Positions 38,563 through 47,831 of a stretch of DNA of 64,000 nt are shown in pieces. The notes below the pieces were generated by a model, which was not told the origin of the DNA, searched no databases, and saw nothing but the letters and a program-made list of their open reading frames with translations. Each line of letters starts with the position of its first letter. The stretch's first letter is position 1. The DNA comes from Chara braunii (lineage: Eukaryota > Plantae > Charophyceae). The DNA lies in the NCBI GenBank assembly GCA_003427395.1, contig BFEA01000021.1, positions 867,216 to 931,215 on the forward strand, in the 5' to 3' direction. The translations under genes were made by a program, and so were the position numbers.

Positions 38563-40377
38563 TTGATTAAGCAGGAAGCGGAAGCACCGGTAGATGACGT
38601 ACCTGATCTAATGCAGGAAATGACGGACCTAACAGAACTTACTGTGGAACAGACTTTGGCCGGCTCAGAAACTGACGCCGAAACTAAAGAAACCGAAATG
38701 ATCAGCCCCGCCGAATCACAGATGATTGCGACTGTCTTCTCTGTTCGCACCAGTAGTTCTGTTTTTTCAAGTGTCTACGATCGAAGGGAGAGGCCGGTTG
38801 ATTGGATTGACATACCCCTTAAGACTTCTGGGGAATCAACGATCACCCTGCCGAGCCACGTCCCCACAGAACTTCGAAAATCACTAATCAATGTTTTGAA
38901 CTGTTATGCAGAAGTGCTGAGCGTGCAGGATAATGATATCGGCTTTACTAACGTGATCGAGCATGTCATCCTCACAGGAGAACATCCGCCCATCAGCTGC
39001 GCTCCTTACCGATACTCGCCAGCTCAAAGAGCGGCCGCTTTTCAGCGGATTAACGAGTTCGAAGCTAATGGATGGATTGAACCCGCTATAGGTCCATGGT
39101 CTTTTCCTGTAGTAATCGTGCCTAAAAAGGCCGGAGGGATTCGTATTTGCATTGATTATCGAAAATTGAATGATATCACGATCAAGGATGTGTACCCCCT
39201 TCCCCATATTGACGAGTTGTTGGATGTGATTGGGAGTGCTCGATTTTTCAGTAAGTTTGATGTTCGCCACGGGTTCCATCATCTTCTTGTCCGAGAAGAA
39301 GATCGTCCGAAAACGGCGTTTGTGCTTTTCGAGGGCATGTGTCAGTGGATTCGATGTCCGATGGGTATCTGCAACGCCCCCGCGACCTTTCAGCGAGCCA
39401 TAAATATGGTTTTTCAGAATTTCGTGCGGAAGACACGTTTGGCACAGAGCATCATCAACTACTACGTGATTGTGTACATGGATGACATTCTGGTGTACTC
39501 AAGTTCCTATGAGGGACACGTGCAGCACATCGAATGGGCGCTGCATGCGTTACGAGATGCGGGCTTCAAGGTGGCGTTTGAGAAGTGCCAGTTTTTCCTT
39601 AGCACCATTTCCTTCTTAGGATACGTGGTAACAGACAAGGGGCTCCAACTGGAGCTGCAGAAGGTGGCAGCTGTCAGAGATGCGCCCGTGCCTACGACTA
39701 TCACGCAAGTTCGTGCCTGTTTGGGCCTGGCCTCGTACTACCGGAGATTTATAAAGGGCTTTGCGGCGATCGCGGGACCCCTCACGAATCTGATGCGTAA
39801 GGATCAGCCGTTGATTTGGACGCCGGAGTGTGATCAGACGTTTTCGAAACTCAAGGCTGCTCTCATTTCGGCTCCGGTCCTTATAAGGCCGGATCCCGAA
39901 AAGCCTTTCATCCTCATTACTGACTGGCAGCCAGAGGCAATTTCGGCGATCCTGGCCCAGGCGGGACCAAGTGGACTCGAGAGCGTGGTGGAGTATGCGT
40001 CCAAATCGGTGCTCGCCTGCAAGCGCAACTACGCTGCTCCAACGGGGGAATGCTACGCGGCACTCTGGGGAATCAGCCACTTCCGTGCTTACCTATACGG
40101 GCGGAAGTTCACCTTGGTAACCGATCATGAGCCCCTGTTGGCTCTGAAGAAATCGAAGGATTACTCTGGCATGATCGGGCGATGGGCAATGGTGCTACAG
40201 AGCATGGACTTTGACATTCGTCATCGGAAGCACGAGAGACATGGGAATGCGGACGAACTGACACGACTGCACCGGCCTGAGAAAGTTCCGAAAAGTGAGG
40301 AGGTGATTCCGTGGAACGAACCCGAACAGGAGGTTGGACCTCGCTACGGCCAAGTGGAGATCTTGTCGAAGAAGTAA
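38563..40377 (+). CDS. pol: Gypsy reverse transcriptase-RNase H
   Basis: RICIDYRKLN, YPLP.IDELL, MPMG-like CPMGICNAPATFQ, VYMDDILV, LITD, TDHEPL and HGNAD.LTR motifs. Ends in TAA before the integrase. Confidence 0.93.
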   Translation: MIKQEAEAPVDDVPDLMQEMTDLTELTVEQTLAGSETDAETKETEMISPAESQMIATVFSVRTSSSVFSSVYDRRERPVDWIDIPLKTSGESTITLPSHVPTELRKSLINVLNCYAEVLSVQDNDIGFTNVIEHVILTGEHPPISCAPYRYSPAQRAAAFQRINEFEANGWIEPAIGPWSFPVVIVPKKAGGIRICIDYRKLNDITIKDVYPLPHIDELLDVIGSARFFSKFDVRHGFHHLLVREEDRPKTAFVLFEGMCQWIRCPMGICNAPATFQRAINMVFQNFVRKTRLAQSIINYYVIVYMDDILVYSSSYEGHVQHIEWALHALRDAGFKVAFEKCQFFLSTISFLGYVVTDKGLQLELQKVAAVRDAPVPTTITQVRACLGLASYYRRFIKGFAAIAGPLTNLMRKDQPLIWTPECDQTFSKLKAALISAPVLIRPDPEKPFILITDWQPEAISAILAQAGPSGLESVVEYASKSVLACKRNYAAPTGECYAALWGISHFRAYLYGRKFTLVTDHEPLLALKKSKDYSGMIGRWAMVLQSMDFDIRHRKHERHGNADELTRLHRPEKVPKSEEVIPWNEPEQEVGPRYGQVEILSKK

Positions 40378-40447
40378 GTGACACGAGGACCAATTTGTCT
40401 GTTCTACCCTCTCCGCAATTCGGTCCCATCTCTCCTCCTCTGTCATC

Positions 40448-42048
40448 ATGACTACCCCACCTGTCTCTGCAACCCCTTCTTCTCCTACTAATTCTGCTCC
40501 TCTCACTTCCTCAGCTTTCTTTGCCACCCTCCTCGATAAATTCTGCTATTTTTGTACGTGTATTGCACGGGTTTATGGGGTCGACTGTCATCCTTTCGAA
40601 ACCGGGTTTGTCGATTGGGTAGAATGTGCCACGTGTGTCAATCGTGCGCACGGGGCCTGCATTCGATATCAGATGAGTAGGAAGGAATGGAGGTGCCCCC
40701 TGTGTAGAACAAACAAAATCCTCATGGAGGTTCGATTTGAGGCCGCCCGTACGGACGGCCCTGAATACGACGAAAAATCCTGACGAGCGGAGGTTTGGAC
40801 GGATAAAATTTTATTGGCGAAATTAGCAGGATTATCATTGGGACACCTCACCAAACACGACAGACGTAGGGCGACCGAGAGATCTCGGCGAGATCTCGGG
40901 ACTATCGGTGGATTAACGGTCATTTGGAGAAGCGTAAAACTGACGGATCGGGTTCATGGATGACGGTTCCCCACCCATTCCAGAGATATGATTGGATCCG
41001 ATCGGCTCACGAAGAACAGGCCGCTCATTTCGCGATACGTGTCACAGAGGCAACTATAGACCATAACCGATGGTTCTGGTCCAACATACGAGATGATGTC
41101 AGATACATTGTCGCCAACTGTCTGGTCTGTGCTGCTGATCGCGCCCCAATACGGGGACCAAACACGATAGTACCAACGGAAGTAGAGCGCCCCTTCCAGC
41201 GAGTGAGTATGGACACAACAGATATCGACGTGCCACCTGGCCTAAACCGCTGCTAATATTCTATCCTGTTAGTATTAATAGACCATTTTTCCAAATACAT
41301 CGAGGTCTATCCCTGTAAGACCCGAAAAGCCGCAGAAATAGTCAGGTACATCGAACGGTTCCTCTATACCCATCTAGATATGGAAGAAATTATAACCGAC
41401 AATGGGTCCGAATTCAAGGGAGAAGTAGAGGAACTGCTCGCACGAAGGGGTGTCACGCTCCGACATACGGCACCCCACGTGTCCCAGTCGAACGGGTTGG
41501 CTGAGAATGCCAACCGTATGATTAAAACCGCCCTTCGCAGGAATTTAGCGGCACACGACACGCGTCCGTGGCCCGAGATCGTATATCAGATCGTCGGGAT
41601 CCACCGGGCCACCCCTCATGAGTCCACAGGGTTCACCCCCTTTCATCTTCGTACTAATAGCCTCCCCTGTGTCGACTAGCGGGGTAACTCAGAAATTGCC
41701 GAAGCAGGGGGTAGAGACACAAGTGCAGCCCTCAAGGCCAAGGCCAAAAGGTACACCGAATTAATGGAGCGGGCCGTCCCGAAGCTAGCCCGAAAAAGGC
41801 AAAGGATGACCGATCTGGCCCACGGTAGGCAGGTCTGTAGCTACGAGGCTCGGAATGGAAATGCTGGGCCCCAGCATCAATATAAATTAGGGGACCTGGT
41901 GCATGTACGTAAATGTGCACGCGACCGGAAACTCGCTCTTAAATTCTCTGGTTGCTTTCGCGTTGTCGAGCTCGATCCTAACGGTGCGAACACGGTGCGC
42001 ATCGCGCCTGAGGCTTGTGCCAACCATAGCTCTGTCCCCATCGTCTGA
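40448..42048 (+). pseudogene. PHD finger-integrase ORF (own ATG), disrupted by stops and frameshifts
   Basis: PHD C4HC3 at 40553-40705; TGA at 40781; an 11-bp duplication CGAGATCTCGG near 40889 whose removal joins the PHD frame to RSRDYRWINGHL...AHEEQAAH...C..C (HHCC); then MD, ITDNGSEF and NGLAE (DDE core) and a GPY/F-like tail (YKLGDLV...KFSGCFRVVE). Confidence 0.85.
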
Positions 42049-42185
42049 CATACCTCCTACCTTCGTCCTCTTCCTCCCTCTCATCTTCCTCCCTCTCCCT
42101 CCTCCGAAAGTGAGGAGAATGACGACGATCTAACTCTCTCTCCGCTCTCTCCCTCCTGCCCTTCGTCTTCCTCTCCGACCTCGCC

Positions 42186-42668
42186 ATGAGTTTCATCACG
42201 GAGCGGGCTCTTGACGAACAGCTGTTGCAGCCACGTGGCCACCTCTCGGAAATTCGGCAAGTTCGTCATCCACGACTTAGTACGGACCTTCGGCGTTTAG
42301 CGCAGCTCTTCTGCGACGTGGGTGTGTGTGCCGCCGCCACGTTTCGATTCGAAGGGAGCTCACAGGCAGTGGTACTGGCGGAGGTAATAACAGTTCATCG
42401 GCGAGCGGCTCCCCGAACGAGCCACGTCACCACGGTTGAGGCTTTCAGCGGCGACATCAGTTCGCTCAATCCACGGTGGCATACCGCGATCTTGACCTCG
42501 CTGCGAGAGTGGAGGGAGCAGGTGTCCAACGTGTGGCAGCACGGTCTTGCCCGGCCAGGGCACAACCTCATCCCGACCTTTGCACCGGATCTTGGCGAGA
42601 TCCGCCTTTCTCCACGCGAGCCGCCAGTTGCGATCCCCACCCTCGTCCCTTTCCTACGTCCCCAATGA
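42186..42668 (+). CDS. Extra ORF A of Gypsy element 1 (160 aa, unknown function)
   Basis: ATG in GCCATGA context after a pyrimidine tract; open for 160 aa; its stop overlaps the next ATG. Confidence 0.5.
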   Translation: MSFITERALDEQLLQPRGHLSEIRQVRHPRLSTDLRRLAQLFCDVGVCAAATFRFEGSSQAVVLAEVITVHRRAAPRTSHVTTVEAFSGDISSLNPRWHTAILTSLREWREQVSNVWQHGLARPGHNLIPTFAPDLGEIRLSPREPPVAIPTLVPFLRPQ

Positions 42669-43642
42669 ACCACGTCGATCCCCTCGCTCCTCTCTCCATC
42701 TTCAGTCTCCCCTCTCTTTTCCCCACCTTCTGGCAGTCCAATCTTCATCCTTCTCTTTCCTTCTCATTTGAACCTCTTTCTGTCCCGCTTATTAATCCCG
42801 GGCATTGGCGACTGTGGCGCGAAACTTTTGGTGAGCTGTCCTTCTGCTTGGCCCGAGTACAGGTGACGTGGACGTTGACCAGCGAGCATCCTGCATGGAT
42901 CGAAAATTTGGAGCTGCTGATCATACAAGCTTGGAGGACTAATGTCGAGGGCGATCTTCTCGGCTTTCTCTTTGGATCGGTACTCATGCAATTGGCGGAC
43001 GATCTCTCGCCCGACATCTTTTCGCAAAGTGACGACAGCCCCGCTCCGTACATTCTCGAGCGGTCATTGGATCCGTACCTACAGTGGACTGGGTGCTTGG
43101 AGGAGCCCAGGGACGAAGATACGCTACCATCACGGCAGGAGTATCTGAAGCCTTACAACATCATCCCTCACGCCTTCTATCCGAAGGCGGAGGAAGTGGT
43201 GATCGACGACGACGCAGAAGACGACGATGAGGAAACGTCGGAGGAAGGAAGCTATAGCGAGTATAGCGAGGGCGAGTTGAGTGAAGAAGAGAAGGAAGAA
43301 GAAACCGGGTCTGAGTGGGAAGCCTTGCCGGAGAAAGCGGCGCGTACTGGCATGGAGGCGGAAGATCCTGAGGCCGCACGCAAGCGGGAAGAAATTGCCA
43401 CCGGGAAGCGCCAGCTGGAGTTAGCCAGCGGAGCAAGCTTGCACATCGGGGACGATCCGACCAGGGATCCGGAGCCGCCGAAGCCCGAAGATTGCGACTC
43501 AGCAGCCGCCACCCCAAGCGTCGCGCGACGGAGACGAAGCCGATCCCCCTCCTCCTCCAGCCCCACCCGTCCCCCAGTTCGCCCATGTACCGATGCAGGC
43601 GATAGGCCTTCGTCCTCGAACGTTATCCCGCCGTCCCCTTGA
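42665..43642 (+). CDS. Extra ORF B of Gypsy element 1 (~325 aa; Trp-rich N-terminal half, acidic tract, RS/P-rich tail)
   Basis: First in-frame ATG of the 42476 ORF, in an ATGA overlap; the frame is intact despite decay of gag and integrase. Confidence 0.6.
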   Translation: MNHVDPLAPLSIFSLPSLFPTFWQSNLHPSLSFSFEPLSVPLINPGHWRLWRETFGELSFCLARVQVTWTLTSEHPAWIENLELLIIQAWRTNVEGDLLGFLFGSVLMQLADDLSPDIFSQSDDSPAPYILERSLDPYLQWTGCLEEPRDEDTLPSRQEYLKPYNIIPHAFYPKAEEVVIDDDAEDDDEETSEEGSYSEYSEGELSEEEKEEETGSEWEALPEKAARTGMEAEDPEAARKREEIATGKRQLELASGASLHIGDDPTRDPEPPKPEDCDSAAATPSVARRRRSRSPSSSSPTRPPVRPCTDAGDRPSSSNVIPPSP

Positions 43643-43802
43643 TTTTCTCACCCTCGAACAGATCCGCACCCCCGTCACCTTCCCCCTCCATCCCTTCCTT
43701 CCCCATCTCTTCCGCGACTTCTAATCTACCCGCCTACTTGCTACCGTCTACCCCCACCCATCCCTTCAGCCCGCTGCCCCCACGTTCTGTTGGCATATTC
43801 TG

Positions 43803-44120
43803 TTGTTCAGCGCTGCATGGGAACGATGCAACGTGGTAGAAGTCTACTGCGTAGCCACGGGGAAAATCCCCGTCTGTCGCCACTACGAGTTCTTTCGAGC
43901 GGTGCTCCTCCGCACCCCCTCCTCCTTCTATCGCGACTACCTCGCCTCTCTCCCTCATAGCGGCGATCGCTTTCCTCGCTTCCACCGGATCATCCGATAT
44001 GAGGAGCTTCCGGTGACGGTAGAAGGGATGAATCGCTACCTACCCCCACTTCCTCCACTTCGTCCCCGTGAGCTCCCCTCCATGTACCGCCTCTATTGGC
44101 CCATTCCAACTAGGCGGTAG
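43803..44120 (+). CDS. Possible extra ORF C of Gypsy element 1 (~105 aa)
   Basis: Open frame with globular-looking composition (WERCNVVEVYC...HYEFF...YWP) after a pyrimidine tract; start codon uncertain. Confidence 0.35.
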   Translation: MFSAAWERCNVVEVYCVATGKIPVCRHYEFFRAVLLRTPSSFYRDYLASLPHSGDRFPRFHRIIRYEELPVTVEGMNRYLPPLPPLRPRELPSMYRLYWPIPTRR

Positions 44121-44523
44121 ATCCCGGTCACGTGACTATCCCCCCCCCCCTCCTCTCTTCATCTAATCGGCAGGGGAAAACGACACGAATCAGTAAGCTT
44201 CGCGAAGATCACGCCATCGACGATGACGCTAACCTACGCTCTGATTCGACGGGCAGTGACAAACTGGGGTGCAGAGCAGACGGAGAACCGGCGGACGATG
44301 ATGGTGTCACCTGGACGACCATCGATAGTTCCAGCGGCACGAGCCAACAGATCCACGAAAAGATTGCAATTGAAGATGGCGTCAACATGGACTCTGGCTG
44401 GATCGTTTGTTGATACGCTTGGTTCCTCATTCATCACTCTGTTCTATCTCTTTCTCTCTCCTTCTCTGCCATAACATGCAATCAAGAGATCGCATAATTT
44501 TGGAACCCCCTGCGCGTCACATA

Positions 44524-47456
44524 TGTGACGAACTACTTCCCGAACCTGTGCTATCTTTCGTACCCCTTTGGCTCGAATTTTTCTTGTACCATACCAACCC
44601 TACGAATACCCCATTTGTTTTCTTGATTTTGGGTGCCGTGTTTTTGGCCCCCGTTTTGTCGAAAGCTTGGTCGATTCTTGGAATTCTGCTTTTTGCAATT
44701 CAGGAAATACACGAGAATTTACACGCGCCTTAGCGAGCGCACTGGGAATTGGGCCCGACAGTTGGGAATTCTGGGATAAGCGAAACTTCGACGTGTCCTT
44801 TTTGCGTGTGAATGTTCTCGGTCGCGTTGGGGAAAACTCTCGGAATTTTGTGGGGATACGAATAGGCGTAGGATTTTCTTTTCCCGTGTTCCTCTTTCGC
44901 GCGCGGATATGGTGATTTCAATTTAGAATTGGTTTAGGATGTACGCAAGCTGTAACAGTTTTGGATCTTTTTTATCTTTTTTGTTGTTGACGGCGCCGCG
45001 CATGCAAAGCTTTCTCCTCTCTGTCCCCCGCATCGCTCTCTCCCTCGCTCCTTTTTCCTTCCTCCTCCTCTTCCTCTCTCCTCATAACTGTTTTTCTCCC
45101 TCTCTCTCTCTCCCGCTCTGCTCTTTGCGCGCCCATTTGCCTTTCTTGATCATCTGAATCTTGGACCCGTCTTGCGCTACCTCTCGCGCCTTTTCTCTTC
45201 TTGCCCTTCGAGCAAAGCTTGCAAGGTCCGGTCGATCCTTCGATTACTCTCGCCCACCAATCAGACGCATGGTACGGTAGGATCTGCCTATTGTGTGACG
45301 AGTCTGATTGGCCAATTGCGGAGTTCTTAAGGATCACTATGGCTTCTGTAGCGCGCTTCTTGCCAAGTCTTCTCCTCCTGCTTTTCTTCTTACACTTCGA
45401 CTTTCCCTGTGCATTCTTTCTCCCTTGTCTCCTTCTTCGCCACTTTAAATTTCGCAAACGCGCCCGCAAATCTCTCTTACGTTCTCGACTCCCAAGCCAA
45501 CTTTCGGGAAGCGGTGGCTAGGCAGAGTGTTTGGTGCGAGTCGGAAAGTCTTGTCGGGCTGACGATAGGCTGGCCAGTTGCGCGCTTGATCGCCACGACG
45601 GACTGTGGGATCTGGGCAAACCGTGTCGAGTTTACGTCGGCGGGGTGACGATCGCATTGGTGGGAGTTAGCACACGACGGCCGGGATCGTCAGTGCGGGT
45701 ATGAGGATCGATGATTGAAGTTGAGTGAGTGATTGGCCCGGGGCCATACTGGAATTCACGGCGAATGCGCCTTTGTTGTTGCGGATCGTTATCTCTGGCG
45801 TGAGTGTACGGCGGCAACGCCGAACTTCCTTCTTTCAGATCTTGTCATCTCCTATCTCGACTTTCCTCCCTCATTTCCCTCTCTCTCTTCTACCTTTGAA
45901 TGATGATGTGTCTCGGTGTTTGTCTCCCCCTTGGATGGGAATGAATATGTGTGTTTTGTGGTATGAAAGAACTTCTTCCGGAACTCTTCCATTAGTTTCA
46001 TGGGTAATCCCCATATGTCGAGGAATAGCTCCTCTTGTCTTGTGAACGGTGGATGCGTGTGTACCATTCCCTCGGTTGATTTCTGACTCGTATACCGCTG
46101 TCATTATCGCACCTTCCACAGTGAATGTATGTATGGAGATGCTTGCCTTTTTGTATTGATTAGACGCCGCCCTCGGCGGGATTTTGTCCGAGAATGCAAG
46201 AGTNNNNNNNNNNNNNNNNNNNNNNNNNNNNNNNNNNNNNNNNNNNNNNNNNNNNNNNNNNNNNNNNNNNNNNNNNNNNNNNNNNNNNNNNNNNNNNNNN
46301 NNNNNNNNNNNNNNNNNNNNNNNNNNNNNNNNNNNNNNNNNNNNNNNNNNNNNNNNNNNNNNNNNNNNNNNNNNNNNNNNNNNNNNNNNNNNNNNNNNNN
46401 NNNNNNNNNNNNNNNNNNNNNNNNNNNNNNNNNNNNNNNNNNNNNNNNNNNNNNNNNNNNNNNNNNNNNNNNNNNNNNNNNNNNNNNNNNNNNNNNNNNN
46501 NNNNNNNNNNNNNNNNNNNNNNNNNNNNNNNNNNNNNNNNNNNNNNNNNNNNNNNNNNNNNNNNNNNNNNNNNNNNNNNNNNNNNNNNNNNNNNNNNNNN
46601 NNNNNNNNNNNNNNNNNNNNNNNNNNNNNNNNNNNNNNNNNNNNNNNNNNNNNNNNNNNNNNNNNNNNNNNNNNNNNNNNNNNNNNNNNNNNNNNNNNNN
46701 NNNNNNNNNNNNNNNNNNNNNNNNNNNNNNNNNNNNNNNNNNNNNNNNNNNNNNNNNNNNNNNNNNNNNNNNNNNNNNNNNNNNNNNNNNNNNNNNNNNN
46801 NNNNNNNNNNNNNNNNNNNNNNNNNNNNNNNNNNNNNNNNNNNNNNNNNNNNNNNNNNNNNNNNNNNNNNNNNNNNNNNNNNNNNNNNNNNNNNNNNNNN
46901 NNNNNNNNNNNNNNNNNNNNNNNNNNNNNNNNNNNNNNNNNNNNNNNNNNNNNNNNNNNNNNNNNNNNNNNNNNNNNNNNNNNNNNNNNNNNNNNNNNNN
47001 NNNNNNNNGAAACCAGGGGTTTCCACTACCGTGTGCGGAGTGAAGACGAAGATAGAGAAAGAGTCACGCGACTAAGACCATCCACGTCGGATTCCGAATT
47101 GGTCAGTGAACGACGATGGGCATTAATACGGAAACGAGACACGCGAAGCGTGCCAAAGTCTTTCTGTTCTAAACGACGGGCCGTAGCCAGGTGGGAAGTC
47201 CGACAATATTTTCTGGATTGAATTTGTATTTCTCTCTCTTCTCGCGCCAAACTTCCGCGCGCCTTTTGTGTCGCTCGAAGAACGATCGACTTACTTCATC
47301 GGACCAACACGGGGGATCTCAGTTTCGTATGTGTCCCCACACTCAATCTCCAAAAATCCTTGGCACACCCGATCGTGCTGTTTTTTTTTGGGCCTCTTTC
47401 CGCACATCTAGCACTCTGAACGAAAAACAGCGCAGAGTGTGAGGTTGCGCGTCAGA
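44524..47456 (+). repeat. 3' LTR (contains an N gap at 46204-47008)
   Basis: Direct repeat of 33317-35998 plus the terminal tail TGCGCGTCAGA. Confidence 0.92.
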
Positions 47457-47644
47457 AACAACTCAAAGAGGGGGAAATATGAACCTTGAAACAATCAGTG
47501 GACTTAGTCAAAAACTGAGATTGCAAAAATGAATGAGTTCCGATAACAATTATAGTTTTTTAGGTAGTGACACCTTCCTTGGAAATGGGAAATCATGGGG
47601 CACCCACCAATGCACCTCCTACTAACCATGGGCACGAGCGGGCA

Positions 47645-47831
47645 CGCCCGGGTTTTCGCTTGCTACAAGCTATGGTAACTGCGGAAGGTCTCACTCCGCT
47701 GTTGTCCGCTGCCGGAACCAGGCTCCAGATGGCGGCGCGCGACACAACAAAATTCCAAGTAGAGAAAAAATTATCCCGGGGGCAGATCTTCCCGTAGAAG
47801 TAATTCATGGCTTGGCTGCGAGAGTTACCTC
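47645..47831 (-). repeat. Right long inverted repeat (~187 bp), partner of 31506-31693
   Basis: Ends GAGTTACCTCC, where the Gypsy-2 RT sequence abruptly begins. Confidence 0.8.

Larger units (their letters stand above)
33317..47456 (+). mobile_element. Near full-length Ty3/Gypsy LTR retrotransposon (element 1), ~14.1 kb
   Basis: Two long direct repeats, a PBS, gag, PR-RT-RH-INT order, termini TGTGACG...CGTCAGA, and flanking duplication AACA (or AAACA). Confidence 0.95.

Noticed and set aside
40374-40514. Intron joining RH to PHD-integrase (GTAAGT donor overlapping the pol stop, CCTCAG acceptor)
   Set aside because: The donor is a good consensus, but this acceptor gives the wrong frame for the PHD. 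It cannot be supported without transcripts, though another acceptor remains possible.
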